From the human T2T-CHM13v2.0 reference genome, Homo sapiens, in assembly GCF_009914755.1 (NCBI RefSeq), contig NC_060929.1: a stretch of 64,000 nt of DNA, one strand, 5' to 3'. This document shows positions 1 through 16,300 of the stretch, in pieces (within the stretch, counting starts at the first letter, position 1; every line of letters begins with the position of its first letter). Under the pieces are notes generated by a model. It saw nothing but the letters and a program-made list of their open reading frames with translations, was not told the DNA's origin and did not search any database. A program made the translations under genes and the position numbers.

Positions 1-929
1 AATCTAGATGCAAACAGCTATTACAGAATGGCTTATCATATCTCTCTCAAAAACAGTGACCAAAATTCCAGAAGGTAATTGGATTTTCAAAACTGAACAT
101 AGTTTCTCCCCGCTCTACCCCATTCAGTCATGACAGGGCCAGAAGGTAATGATATATCTGCCATGATGCAACAAGCAGACCTGTCTTCTGTCAAGAGTTG
201 AAATCATAAAGGAATAAGCTGTCGTTAACAACCTCTCTCCAAACACTAGAGCTGTCATCTCATTGTTTTCTTTGCTGGCATGGGGCTGGGGTGGCCTCGT
301 ATACCTTGTCAATTCAGTAATGTGCTAAGCTTTTAACCTTTTCTGGAATTTTTGGCTTCAACAATCTTTTATGAAGTCTCTAATGTAAAAACATATTTTC
401 ATTAATTTATATTTTCTCTCAAAGTTTACTTTTAAAATTTAGAATTAGTGATCTTGGTTTCAACTTATAATTTAGAAGTCTTACATTTCAAATAAGAAAA
501 AAATTTGTGTTTATTAAAAAAACTTTTTTTGAAATATAAATTTCAGTGGCTTAAATTCAACCACTCTTTAAGGGAAAAAAAAACCCAATAATCATTCAAA
601 GGAGCTGCTTGCAGTTTTATACTCAAACATTTATTACATGTTAAGTTCACTTAGAAATAGTTAAGTCAATAACTACAAGATCACAATAATCATATTTCAT
701 GACTATTTAAAATATATTAATTATAAAAGTAATATCTTTTTAAATATTAAAGTAAAACCTACTCAAAGAAAAAATAAAACAAAAATAAAGAGAAAAACTG
801 AAAATGAAATCTAAAAGAAGAAACTTCGTGGTTTCTTGCATAAACTTCCAGGAACATTAATGTGTATCCATGTATGTATGTAGCTGTAGATGTGTACATG
901 TGTAAGTGTACTTTTTAAACAAATTAGCT

Positions 930-1390
930 CATTTTTCTGTTTTTATCTGGTAACTCTTAGACATCATTCCAGATTTATGAACACACATATATACACATAC
1001 AACTTGTTATTTTTAATAACTACATAGTCTTCCATGATATGAATATGCCATCATAAAATAAAATGTTCCCTACTGGTGGATGTTTAGTTGGTTAGAATGT
1101 TTTGTGTTATTATAAACTGCTGTTATGAGCATCCCTATGTATACTTCATGCACTGCTCTGGTGTAAATTCTTACGAATGAAATTTAAGGTCAAAGATTAG
1201 TGTACATGTTAAATTTTGGAAGATATTACTAACCTGCCATCTAAAATGATTACTCCAATTTACATTTTCACTAATATTTAAATATGATATTATCAATTTA
1301 TTAACAAGTAATTTATAATTTGCCAATCTGATATGTTGAAAAATGGTAGCTTGTTTTAATAAGTATCTCTTTAATTTTCACAAATACTTT
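930..1390 (-). mobile_element. Old L1 (L1ME-like) 3' fragment
   Basis: Degenerate antisense L1M 3'UTR motifs (ttccatgatatgaatatgccat...ggatgtttagttgg). Boundaries approximate. Confidence 0.5.
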
Positions 1391-2357
1391 CAATGACTAT
1401 CAAAAAAAGCATCAAAGTCTGTAAGTCATTTGAACAAAGGTATATTTAAAAGTGCCAAGTAATTTTCATATTTTTTCTCTGAGCCCTTAAACAAGAATCT
1501 TTTGCCATACTCCACACTCTGTTTAGACTACATAAATATTAATTTTTCATAAGCAGCTAGATGGCATTACTCTTCTTAAAAATAAGCATGTCCTATATTA
1601 ATATAGTACTTTTATTTTCGTATTATTATCTACTAGGCATAGGTATCCATTATAACCCTGTTAAAATCTTCCTGTCACCAAGTTTGTCAAATACTTATGC
1701 TGAAATAGAAAGATCTTGCAGTATTTAGTTTGAAGACTGGAGTTGAGGGCTGTAGTTAAGAACGTGTTAACTAAAAGTTTATTACTGAAATTACTGAAAA
1801 ATTTCACACCATATTCTAGATAACCATCTATAATGGCTCCATGCTGTGAAAAAAGATCTTAATCCTGTATTCAATCAGCTTTTCAAATTTATTCATCAAA
1901 AAACGGGGAAAAATCAAAATGAAATGAAAAGAATCAAAACATTAATGGCCAGAATAGAAAATTAAGCCATAGCTTACGAAAAGAGACATGATTTAGAAAC
2001 TAAAAAACTCTAACTCAACTTTCAAAGCATTCAGTTCATATTGCAGTCAAGTAACAGTTTAGGTAGTCTTTAGTTTCATTATAATTTAAATAATTTCTAG
2101 TAGAAAATCCTAAAATTTTCTAGTGTGATGAATATTGCTACAAAAGGAGGTCATCTTTGAGGTTTACAAAGAATTTGGTTATATATAAATTTACTTTAAC
2201 ATTATTTGTTTTAAAAAGATACAAGTTGTAAAGTGAACTACCTGTCACCGGAACGGCCAGGTTAAAAAAATATTTAATTAAAATGCTACATTGAATTATT
2301 TAATTATCTCTATTCTTGCCACAAATGTCACTAAAATCTCATTGAAGAAAAAGAAAA

Positions 2358-2619
2358 GCCAGACATGGTGGCTCACACCTGTAATTCCAGCACTTTGGAA
2401 GGCTGACGCAGAAGGATTGCTTGAGCTCAGGAGTTTGAGACCAGCCTCGCCAACATAGTAGGACCCCATCTCGCCAAAAAAATAAATAAATAAAAGTGTG
2501 CCTATACTCTCAACTACCCAGAAGGATGAGGTGGGAGGATCACTTGAGCCCAGGAGGTCAAGGCTGCAGTGAGTCACGATCATGCCACTCAACTCCAGCC
2601 TGGGTGACACTCTGCCTCA
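2358..2619 (+). mobile_element. AluJ
   Basis: Dimeric Alu with J-type motifs (ggattgcttgagc, ggatcacttgagcccaggaggtcaaggctgcagtgag). Confidence 0.9.
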
Positions 2620-2620
2620 T

Positions 2621-2778
2621 GAAAAGAAAAGAGGAGAGGAGAGGGCAGGAGAGGGGAGGGGAGGGGAGGGGTGAGGAGATAGGGAGGAGGGAGAAAAGGA
2701 GGGAAAGAATGGGAAGAAGAGAAGAATGAAAGAACAAAAGAACAAAAGACAGAAAGAGATGAAAAAGAAGAAAGAGGG
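2621..2778 (+). repeat. Purine-rich (GGAGA/GGAGG/GAAA) low-complexity tract replacing the Alu tail
   Basis: Almost pure A/G tract directly after the Alu. Confidence 0.85.
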
Positions 2779-3203
2779 GTGGTATTCAAACATCAGGACA
2801 AAATAAATGGTAGAAGAGAAAATGGAGGATACAGATGTCACCTCTGTATATATTTGTAGAAGACTAAGTTAATGGAGGAGTAGGTACTGGCTTGACATTA
2901 CAGCAAAAATTCAAACTTAAGTGCCTCCAGAAGGATAAAATGACTTAAAAGTAAGCCAACTCACCCATAGAAGTCCAGAAATACTCAGAAATTGGGGCAC
3001 CAGTTATCTTGGAAAACCTTGGAATGTAAGGGTAGGCCATAACACTAAAAACAGGGGCTTTAGTTGTAAGTTCAAGTAAGGAGCAGTTACCCCACTCTCT
3101 AAAAAACAGACACCAGAAAACCAAAAACCAGGTCATAATCTGACATGTGTGGCCAACACTGTAAGAGACAAGAGATTTTTCCTTTGCAGAAATGTAATCT
3201 ATA

Positions 3204-3473
3204 GGCCACGTGTGGCGGCTCACGCCTATAATCCCAAGACTTTGAGAGGCTGAGGTGGGAGGATCACCTGAGGTCAGGAGTTCGAGATCAGCCTGGCCAC
3301 ACAAAAATTAGCCAGGTGTGGTGGCAGGTGCCTGTAATCCCAGCTACTTGGGAGTCTGAGGCAGGAAGAATTGCTTGAACCTGGGAGGTGGAGGTTGCAG
3401 TGAGCTGAGATTGCGCCACTGCACTGCAGCCTGGGCGACAGAGCAAGATTCCATCTCAAAAAAAAAAAAAAAA
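3204..3473 (+). mobile_element. AluS with ~30-bp internal deletion
   Basis: TSD agaaatgtaatctat at 3188-3202 and 3474-3488. Reads gcctggccac|acaaaaatta, lacking the end of the left arm. Confidence 0.92.
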
Positions 3474-3499
3474 AGAAATGTAATCTATGGAAGTACTAG

Positions 3500-4820
3500 A
3501 CTATGGGACATTAAAGCGTAGAAGAGAGACACAAAGCTCAAATCAGGCGTACTAATCAGAAATCTGCATAATGATTTTAAAAAACAGATCCATTTCAAAA
3601 TATGATTGAAAAACTTTAAAAATTCTATGGAATGGTTAAAAGAAAAAGTAGGCAATCTCCCAGAAATGACTGGAAATATAGAATAAAAATAAGAAAGAAT
3701 GGATAAGATACTCATTCCAGTAACTCAAAACCACATAAGAGCTAAATAGAGAAGTGTAAAATTATCAACAAACAATACAAAAAAAGTTTCTCAGAACTAA
3801 AGATCATGAGTGAATATAAATGGAAAGACATCACCAAGTGCCAAACAATGAAACAAATAACAATGAAACAAAATACCAAGACTCAGGAAATTTCTTAAAA
3901 GCAGTGAGATTCACTTCTTAACACCAGGGAGAAGGAGAAGCTTACATAGAGTGGAACAAAAGGATTCAAGGCCAAAATGGTTTCAAGACTTTCAAATTAA
4001 AACACTGGAAACTAGAAGACAATGAAACAAATCCTTCAAATCTCAATAAAAAGTATTTTCTACCTGGAATTCTATGTCTTTTGAATCTTTAAAATAAAGT
4101 GAACAAGTAGACTGAAGGCATTTTTCAGAAATGCAAGGGTTCAAAAATTTATCTTCTACTTGATGGGTCCAACAAAATGAGGGCATATATCAAGAAAACA
4201 CAGATCATTAGATACAGGAAACAGGAGCTTCCTGTATCTAACAATACAGGAAGACAAGACATTGATATTGAAGACAAGAGAGAAACTAAAGTGAAACCCA
4301 GGATAATACACAGGTAAGCAGGCTTAGAAAGTGACCAGTCAAGACTGAAACAGAGTCCACAGGGTTCCAAAAGAGAGTACTCCAGAGGAAGAACATGAAA
4401 CTATGAGATTATCTGATAAGTTAAATCATGTCAAAAATTAAGAGACGAATGAAGATCTGAATTAAAAATACATAAAAAATTAGAAACTAGAAAATTATTA
4501 ATTCCATGAAAACAAAGATATTGTATCAAAAATGAAAAGCAATCATATTATCTACCTGGCTCAGCCATTAGCAATATTATGGTTGTAGTAGTACTGTAAA
4601 GCTTGATTCCTGATTCTACCATAACAGAAAGTGAATGATAAATCAAAAGACAGAACTATAATTTTAAAATATGGATACAATGAGTATAAATAAAACCAAA
4701 ATGTATTGAAAATGATTACATCTAAGGAACAGGACTAACAGGTAGCGATGGATTAGGAAAAGATAACACTTATTTTGATACTATGTCTTGGTTTTACTTG
4801 ATTTTTAAAATTACATGTAT
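3500..4820 (+). mobile_element. Ancient L1ME/HAL1-like ORF1 region
   Basis: A-rich degenerate L1 ORF1 motifs (acactggaaactagaagacaatg, acctggaattcta). Boundaries approximate. Confidence 0.5.
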
Positions 4821-5469
4821 GAATCACAGTTTTATTCTAATATATTTAAATGTACATTTATTTTCATTTATCTTGCCTTAGATATGCCACACTTCTTCAA
4901 CAACATGATTTATGCTTTTACTCTCAAAAACATTCAGCCACTAATACATGCTTTTCTCCTATTTTTTTCTGTTGCTTCTTTGAAACATCTGATAGAAGAG
5001 TATTATATGTTATTCTATTTTCCATGACTTTTTAATGTCATATTTTTTCTCATTTCCTCTGTGCTATATTCTGCATACTGTCTTCCTTAACTCTAGCTTT
5101 CAATTTACTAATTCTCTTTTGATAGTTTAATGATCTGACTTTTCTTGTGATGAATCATTTCTTCATATAATCTGTAGTTTCTGACTGAATTCATCTTCAG
5201 TAGGGATTTATTCTAGGTTGTAAAGTGTTCCTATATGGCAGTATTACGCTTGCTTCTGCCAGGTGCCCCAAAGGTTTCATTGGTCCAGAATTCATTTTTA
5301 TATTAATCACAGTGTTTACGATTTTCACATTAAGTGTGTCACCTAAATTCAAACTGCAAATCCAAATCCACTTCTGGGTTAGGGTCTGGGTCTCCTATTT
5401 CCCAAGATAAGTTGTTTATTTACCCTACCTGGTACCTTTAGCAAAGAAACCTCCTTTTAATAATTATCT

Positions 5470-6959
<1,490 letters not shown>

Positions 6960-7292
6960 CTACTCATCCTTTTATTGCAAAGGTGGTAACTTCCAGGGTC
7001 TTACCTATATCCAGGACTCTTAGTTTTAGCTCCCACCTCTCAGTCCCAAAGATATAGATCATGTGTATGTGATACAGATCATGTGTGGCCTTGGGTTCAT
7101 ATCTTACTAGCTAACCCCTGAAGCTGCAACACCTTCCAGGGATTTACCACTGTGTTGTAAGTTATCTCTTACACTCAGGCATTTAGGAAATCCTTTTCTT
7201 TTTCTTTTAATTTTTGTTCGTACCTAGGTGTATATATTTACTGGGTACGTGAGATATTTTGATGCAGGCATACAATAAGTAATAATTACATC

Positions 7293-7668
<376 letters not shown>

Positions 7669-8456
7669 TCAAGCATTTATCCTGTGTGTTACAATCCAAT
7701 TATACTCTTTCAGTTCTTTTTAAATGTACAATCAATCATTGCTGACTGCAATCACTCTACTGTGCTCCAAATACAAGATCTTACTCAGTCTATCTCACTA
7801 TAGCTTTGTACCCATTAACTATCCTCCCTCCCCTACAACCCATTATCATTCCCAGCCTCAGGTAACCATCATTCCACTCTCTATCTCCCTGAGTTAAACT
7901 TTCAATTATTAGCTGTTATTTATTTGAGAATTTATTCTCAATAAATTCTCAGTTTTATTTACTAAGAATAAATTTGAATTTGTTCTCAAATAAGTGAGAA
8001 CATGTGAAGTCTGTCTTTCTGTGCCTGGATTATTTCATTTAACATAACGACCTCCAGTTCCATCTATGTTGTTGCAAATGACAGGATCTCACTCTTTTCT
8101 ATGGCTGAATAGTATTCCATTGCATATATGTACCACATTTTCCTTATCCATTCATCTGCTGATGGACACTTAGGTTGTTTCCAAATCTTGGCTATTGTGA
8201 AGAGTGCTGCAATGAACATGGGAGTGCAGATATCTCTTTGATAAACTGATTTCCATCCTTTCGGGTATATACCTAGCAATGGGATTGCTAGATATCATAC
8301 ACAAATCTATTTTTTTCATTTTTTGAGGAACCTTCAAACTGTTCTCCATAGTCATTGTACTAATTTACCTTTCTACCAACAGTGTACAAAGGTTTCCTTT
8401 TCTCCACATCCTCACCAGCATTTGTTACTGCCTAACTTTTAAATAAAAGTCATTTT

Positions 8457-9030
<574 letters not shown>

Positions 9031-9798
9031 CCTAATAGTATATAAATAAAATAAAAATAAAAGCCATTTTAACTGGAGTGAGATGACATGTCATTGTAGT
9101 TTTGATTTGCATTTCTCTGATGATCAACGACGTTGGGCACCTTATCATATGCCTGCTTGACACTTGCATGTCTCCTTTTGAGAAAAGTCTATTAGGATCT
9201 TTTACACATTTTTTAATTGGATTATTAGATTCTTTTTCCTATTGAGTTGTTTGAGCTCCTTATATATTCTGGTTATTAGTCCTTTGTCCAATGGATAGTT
9301 TGCAAATATTATTTCCCCTTCTGTGGGTTGTCTCTCCACTTGATTGTTTATTTTGTTGCACGGGAACTTTTTGATTTGAGGCGATCCCGTTTGTCCATTT
9401 CTGCTTTGGTTGCCTGCGCTTATGGGGTATTAATCAAGAAATCTTTTCCCAGTCCAATTTCCTGGAGAGTTTCTTTAATGTTTTCTTGTAGTAGTTTCAT
9501 AGTTTGAGGTCTTAAATTTTTTAATCTATTTTGATTTGATTTTTGTATATGGTGAGAGATAGGGGTCTAGTTTCATTCTTCTGCATATGGATAGCCAGTT
9601 TTCCCAGCACAATTTATTGACAGACTTTCCTTTCTCCAATGTATATTCTTGGCATCTTTATCAAAAATAAGTTCACTGTAGATGTATGTATTTATTTCTG
9701 GGTTCTCTATTCTATTCCATTGGTTGATGTGTCTGTTTTTATGCCATCACCATGCTATTTTGGTTACTATAGCTCTATGATATAATGTGAAGTCAAGT

Positions 9799-10168
9799 GA
9801 AGTGGCTCACGCCTGATGTAATTATTGCTTATTGTATGCCTGCATCAAAATATCTCATGTACCCCATAAATATATACACGTAGGTACATACAAAAATTAA
9901 AAGAAAAAGAAAAAGATTTCCTAAATGCCTAAAAGATTTCCTAAATATAAGAGATAACTTACAACACAGTGGTAAATCCCTGGAAGGTGTTGCAACTTCA
10001 AGGGATAGCTGGTAAGATATGAACCCAAGGTCACACATGATCTGTATCACACACACATGATCTATACCTTTGGGACTAAGAGGTGGGAACTAAAACTAAG
10101 AGCCCTGGATATAGGTAAGACCCTGGAAGTTGCCACCTTTGTAATAAAAGGATGAGTAGAGGGAAGAA
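9799..10168. repeat. Inverted duplication of 6951-7308
   Basis: The reverse complement aligns over ~358 bp with about 20 substitutions and one ~12-bp indel (manual count). Confidence 0.95.
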
Positions 10169-10368
10169 GAAACAGTATTGTTAAAATGTACATAGTATCC
10201 AAAGCAATCTACAAATTCAGTGCAATCCCTATCAAAATACCAATGACATTCTTCACAGAAATAGAAAAAAGAATCATGAAATTTATATGGAACCACAAAA
10301 CACTGACAGTAGCCAGAGCTGTTATGAGCAAAAAGAACCAAACTGGAAGAATCACATTACCTGACTTC
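10169..10368 (+). mobile_element. Inverted L1MA ORF2 segment
   Basis: ORF 10186..10374 ([23 protein letters not shown]...ITLPDF) is sense L1 ORF2, directly upstream in L1 of the antisense copy that stops at 9798. Confidence 0.9.
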
Positions 10369-13300
10369 CTTTAGCATTTCTTGTAGAACACGTCTGGTGT
10401 GGATAAAATCACTCAGCTTTTGTTTGTCTGGGAAAGTTGTTATTTCTCTCTCCTTTGTGTTTGAAGAATATTTTCCCCAGATATAGTATTCTAGGGTAAA
10501 AGGATTTTTACCATCAACACTTTAAATATATCATGCCACTCTCCCCTGGCCTGCAAGGTTTCAACTGAAAAGTGTCCTGCCAGAAGTATTGGAGCTCCAT
10601 CGTATATTATTTGTTTATTTTCTCTTGCTGCTTTTAGAATCATTTCTTTATCCTTGACCTTTGGGAATTTATTAAATGTCTTGATGTATTCTTCTTTGGG
10701 TTAAATCTGCTTGGAGTTCCATAACTTTCTTAGAAAGTTATAGATATTGATATCTCTCTCTAGGTCTCAGAAGTTCTCTGTTACTTTCCTTTTGAAAAAA
10801 CTTTCTACCTCTACTTCTCTCTACCACTTCTTTATGGTCAATAACTCTTAGATTTGCCCTTTTGAGGCATTTTTCTAGAGTCTTCTAGGCATGTTTCATT
10901 CTTTATTATTTTGTCTCTTATAAATAGCTTGTCTTGAAGCTCACCAATTCTTTCTTCTTCTTGATCAATTCAGCTATTAAAAAACACACATTCTTCAGTC
11001 TTTCAACTGCATTTTCAACTCCAGAATTTCTGCTAGGTTCTTTTTTATTATTTCAATCTCTTTGTTAAATTTATCTGATAGAATTCTGAATTCCTTCTCT
11101 GTGTTAGCTTGAGTTTATTTAAGTGTCCTTAACATAGCTATCTTGAATTCTCTGTCTGAAAGGTCATATATCTCTGTTTCTCCAGGATTGGTCTCTGGTG
11201 CATTGTTTAGTTCACCTGGTGAGGTCATGTTTTCCTGGATAGTCTTGATGCTTGCGGATGTTTGTCGGTATCTGGGCATTGATGAGTTAAGTATTTATTG
11301 CAGTCTTTGCAATCTGGGCTTGTTGGCACACCTACTTCCTGGGAAGGCTTTCCAGGTATCCGAAGGCACTTGGGTATTGTGTTATATGTTTTTGGTCCCT
11401 GCAGCCATATCTGCATTAGGGGTCACCAGAAGCCTAGTATGCTATGGCTCTGGCATACTGGTAGAGGTACTGCCTTGTTGGTTTTGGATAAGATCTGGAA
11501 GAATTCTCTGGATTGCCAGGCAGAAACTCTTGTCTTACTTTCCCCCAGAGTCTCTCCCTTTGTGCAGAGCTGCCTGAGCTGGGGGAAGGGTGACACAAGT
11601 ACCCTGTGGCTGCCACCAGTGGCACTGCACTGGGTCAGACCTGAAGCCAGTATGGTACTACATCTCACCTACGGCCTGCAGTAACCACTGCCTAACTACC
11701 ACCTGTGTCCACTCAAGGTACTACGGTTCTACAACCAGTCAGGCTTGTATCCCTCCCTTCAGAACAGTGAGTTCCCCTCAGCCCTGGGCAGCTCCAGAGA
11801 CACTATCAGGAAGCCAGGGCATAGAGTCAGATACTCTAGGAACCTACCCAGTTTTCTATTTTGCTGTGGCTAAGCACCCGAGACACAAGACAAAGTCCTT
11901 CCCACTCTCCCCTCCCCTTTCCACAAGCAGCAGTTTCTTCCAATGGCCACAACTACCCCACACCTGTGGCAAGTACAGTCTGGCTACTGCCAATATTCAC
12001 TCAGTATCCAAGGGCTCTTCAGTCCACTTGTAAATGCTACCAGTCCTAGGACTCTCCTGTAAGGGCAGTGGGCTCCCTTCTAGCCCACAGTAGGTCCAGA
12101 AATACTGCCCAAGAGTCAAGGCCTAGAATCAAGGACCCTAAGAAGGTTGTTGGGGCTCTATCCCACTATGGCCGAGCTGGTACCTAAGATGCAAGACAAA
12201 GTCCCCTTTATTTTTCCCCCTGCTTTTCTCAAACAGAAGGAATCTTTCACCATTGCCACCACAGCTGGGAATGTACTGGCTCTCACCTGAAGCCGCACAT
12301 CTCAGTCTCACCCAAGACACATGACATACTCCCTGGTATCACTGGTGGTTAGTTAGGGCCCATGGGCTCTTTAGTCAGGTGATGAATCCTGCAATGACTG
12401 GGTCCTTCCCTCCAAGGCAGCGAGTTCCTCCTAGCCCAGGATGCATCTAGAAATGTCGTCTGGAATCTAGTGTCTGGAATAGGAGCCTCAGGACTCTGCC
12501 CAGTGTCCTATCCTACGGTGGCTCATCTGGTATCCAAGTTGCAAGACAAAGTCTTCTTTACCTTTCCCTCTTTTCTCCTCAAGCACCTCAAGCAGAGGGA
12601 AGGAGTTTCTCTTGGGCTGCGAGCTGTGTTGCCTGGGTTGGGGGAGGGGTGGCACAAGGACTCTCCTAGCTGCCCTGGCTGGTATCTCAGTAGATTGCTT
12701 GCTAAGTCTACTGCCTCTAAGCACAGCACAGCACAGCACAGCACAGCAAGCACAGCACAGCACCAGTACTTGCCCAAGAATTGCAGTCCTTATGGCCTAC
12801 ACTGCCTTTCAAGTTTATTTAGCACCCCAGAGCACTTTGGCTCGTGCTGTGAGGCTTGCTGGAACTCAGGTTTCAATTGCTAGGATGGGTGATTCCTCTC
12901 TGGGTAGGGCTAGTCTAAATGCTCCCTCCATGGATGCCAACTGAGATCTGCCTGGTGTTGCCTTCTGCTGTGACAGGGTAGCACTGAGTTCCAATGCAGA
13001 GTCCCACAGTCACTGTGCTCTCCCTCCCCCAAATGCACAGATTCTCTCTCCACACCATGCTGCTGCTGCCAGGACACAGGGAAGGGGTGGCATCGGCGAT
13101 TCAAGAGTGTCTTTCTTACCCTCTTCAGTGCCTTTTTCAGTGACATAATGTTAAAACCAGGTACTGTGACTGCTCACCGGATTTTCGGTTTTTATGAAGG
13201 TGCTTTTTTGTATGTGGATGTTGTTTAACTTGATGTCCTTGCAGTGAGGACATTTGGTGAAGGCTTCTATTTAGCCATCTTCCTCTGCCTCCACTCTCCT
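10369..13300 (-). mobile_element. L1MA/L1M2-type ORF1 and long 5'UTR with internal tandem monomers
   Basis: Antisense ORF1 motifs. A ~310-350-bp repeat (caagacaaagtc at ~11886, ~12192, ~12542) recurs in the UTR. L1 5' terminus ggaggcagaggaagatggctaaatagaag on minus near 13265-13300. Confidence 0.82.
12721..12763 (+). repeat. (GCACA)n pentanucleotide repeat
   Basis: About 8 copies, one interrupted. Confidence 0.9.
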
Positions 13301-16300
13301 CCTTCTCTGTCTTTTGAACACTCATATACAACTAGATATTTAGTATTTTTGTTACATTTTATTCATTATTTTTATGTGTGTTTATTGGGAGAAGTTCATA
13401 TTAATAAGCTCAGTCCACCATGTTATGGAAGCCAAACTGTATAAATTACATTAATAAAAATAGCATTAATTTTTAAAACTCAGAAATAATAGCAAGAATA
13501 TTATAATCAAAGTAAGTAATTATGGAAATAGCAGATTCTTCTGAATAATCCATCTATGAGAAATTAGGGAAAACGCTATCCTAGTGAAGTAATCAGAAAT
13601 TATTAAAACTAATACCTAGATCACTTATAGATAGTATTTTGAAAGTATCTTTTGTAATTTAAACTTTTACTTTTTTACTGATTTTATTACAAATAGTTTC
13701 TATAACTTCTCAATCCTTGTTTTCACAAATATAACTGCCATCAAGTTCTACATTTCCCCTTATAGCTAGAGCCTGAGAAATATAAATAAACCCTCAGCTG
13801 TGTGGGACTGCCTGGCCCACATTGCTATGGAAGCTGGGTCATGGCGGGCCAGGACCCTGTGCTCACTCTGGGCCTGGACCACGTCAACATCTGCTCCTAC
13901 CACTGCCTCTTGGGCATGAATAGAGTTTCCTGCTTTTTACCCCTTTTTAGAGACCAGTGGAAATGCCTAAAAAGGTGTATGTGAGTAAAGGCCATCAAAG
14001 AAGAAACAAGTATGAGTAACTCTAAAGCTGCACAATCAGAGGCTGAATAATTGGTACTTGGCTACGTGAAACAGTGTTTCTTACTCCAGGTAACACATTA
14101 TGCAATGAAGATTGTCAAACACCAAGAATATTAGCGATGGCAACCTCAGAAGCACTTGTGGGGATTTATCTGATATGCACCATTCCTCCAACATGAACTC
14201 TTAATACACTTTTGATAATAAAGTCCTGAAGTATCTAAAATGCAAGGATTAGAATACCTATGATTTTCAAACTATGACCTGTGGAGCCCTGGGGCATTTG
14301 GTGAAGAAATCTCAGGGGCTGTTGTGGGAGTGGTTCCAATATTCACCATGTCCTCCTTTCAACTTAAGTGGCTTCACATATTTAAACTTAATACTGTTCA
14401 CAAACCAGTCCAGTTAGACAGGGCTCTACTATTGAAAAAAGGTTTTAACCATAAAATGATAGGAATCCAATTTTAGGAATTTCAGTCTTATACCAAAAAT
14501 CTGCAGGGAATATAAGGAAATATTATTAACAACACTGAGTAAAGATAATATTGTGTGGCCCCCAAAATATCAGAATTTACTTCAGTAGTGATATGAAAAC
14601 CCACAGATCATGAAAAACAGACCAGAGGTTCTAACTTCTGGAAAATTTTGGAAATCTTTCTTTAAATAAAACTTTAGAAAAAGTCCAAACAAATAAAAAC
14701 AAAAGCAGAGCTAGCCTAATTTAAAAAAAAAAAAAAGTAAGAATGGGACAGCTTCTTATTCCCTGTTTATTAGTCTTCCTCTGCCTGCATCTTAAAATAC
14801 CATCATCTTTCCCTCAACCAACACCTCCCCATCCACAGAGCAACCCTTGAAGAAAACACTATGAAAAGGTAAAGTCAAAGTAGTAAAATCACTTTATCCA
14901 GATTTAAAAGTGATCTGTTTCTAAATCACCAGGAAGAAAATTACCATAATAATGTTCATATTCATTTTTTTAAGAAATAAGGAGAATTAAATACATAAAC
15001 TAAAATTTTTACGTGTGCTGCATGCTTAGAAATCAGCTGCTTCTTTTCAAGGAATCATGAATTGCCATTTTTTTAAGAAGAAAAAAATCAAGACAGTGAA
15101 ATGCTGTTATCCCCAAAACACTATTCCTACTTATAAGAACAAAATGACTTACTATTGTAATGTTACTGACAAACTTCCTCCCTCCTGTTTGGGATATCAC
15201 CACAAAGTTTGTTCAAACAAACATGTTTGGCATGGTTTTCCATATAGACTTTCCCTGCGAAATCTTTACACAACAATAAAATATTCCAGAATAGGAAAGG
15301 CTTAGGTGATCTATAGCAGGGACAACATAACTACATAAAATATTTCACCTAGCACTGCATGTTGAAAGCATCCGATTTTCTTTACTAAGTTATATTTTCA
15401 AATATTCATCAAATTGTGAACACATTTTACATATAATGTTCTTCCGAAAATACATAGACAGGATCTGTTCTAACTACAAACAAATGTGTCAGAGAGAAAG
15501 TTCATTTCACTATTTAAAACCTGAAATCCGAAACAGTTTAAACATAATATTTTATGTGAGTTAATTTAGTCTAAACTTCAATTTATTTTTGTTACTTCAA
15601 TTCTACTAAAATATACACTGTCGAAATTAGCAACCAGATCAAAAGTAGTATCTTTCCATTCTTTGCCTATCCACAAAAAGTGGGAAAAAAAAACATATAG
15701 TTAACCTAAGAAATTCTACTTTTAGCATTTTAAGGGTTTCAAAATCTATTAACCAAAATGTTTTTTAGGAGCTGGGCTGAGCCTTCATTTCTCATTTCTG
15801 AGTTAACAGAATAGAGAACATGTTACCTTTGACTTTTGTAATCATCAGCGTATTAAAGAAATCCCTTCTAATTTTAATTACAAACGTAATAATTCTTATA
15901 AATAAAACAAATAAAGCCTACATGGACACATATATTCCTTTACTTTTTACAAAAGTCTTTTTACAAAAGACTTTTTACTTTTTACAAAACTGATACAAGA
16001 TATCAGTTTATGTTTTTCTAAAAAAAAAATCTACTCATGTGAAAGAAATTCACACTTTGCAAAATTGGGCTGTTCACTATGGAACTTATGAATGCAATAG
16101 TAAAACAAAAGCAGTCAAACATTAAAATATGCCAATATTATGTCAGAAAAACATTTCACTATTGCAAGAAAAGAAACCTTGAACACAATTTAAAAATAGG
16201 AGTTTCTAAAAAGTTTGAATGCAAATAAGAATAAAGTATTCATTAAACATTACATTTTGCCATTCTGTATGTCTATGTCTCATGCTTAAAGCATTTTATT

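Noticed and set aside
124-312. 62-aa ORF in unique-looking sequence
   Set aside because: No resemblance to the next FAM172A exon (which begins EGYGVIVLNPN as remembered), and no convincing splice signals or homology.
9799-10368. Simple L1 twin-priming 5' inversion
   Set aside because: The geometry fits in part, but the junction contains a copy of the younger Alu start and L1 ORF1/5'UTR continues beyond 10369, so the event postdates the L1 insertion.
11143-12944. Cluster of 100-147 aa ORFs and ~330-bp repeats
   Set aside because: L1MA ORF1/5'UTR sequence. Tandem monomers are a normal feature of these 5'UTRs.
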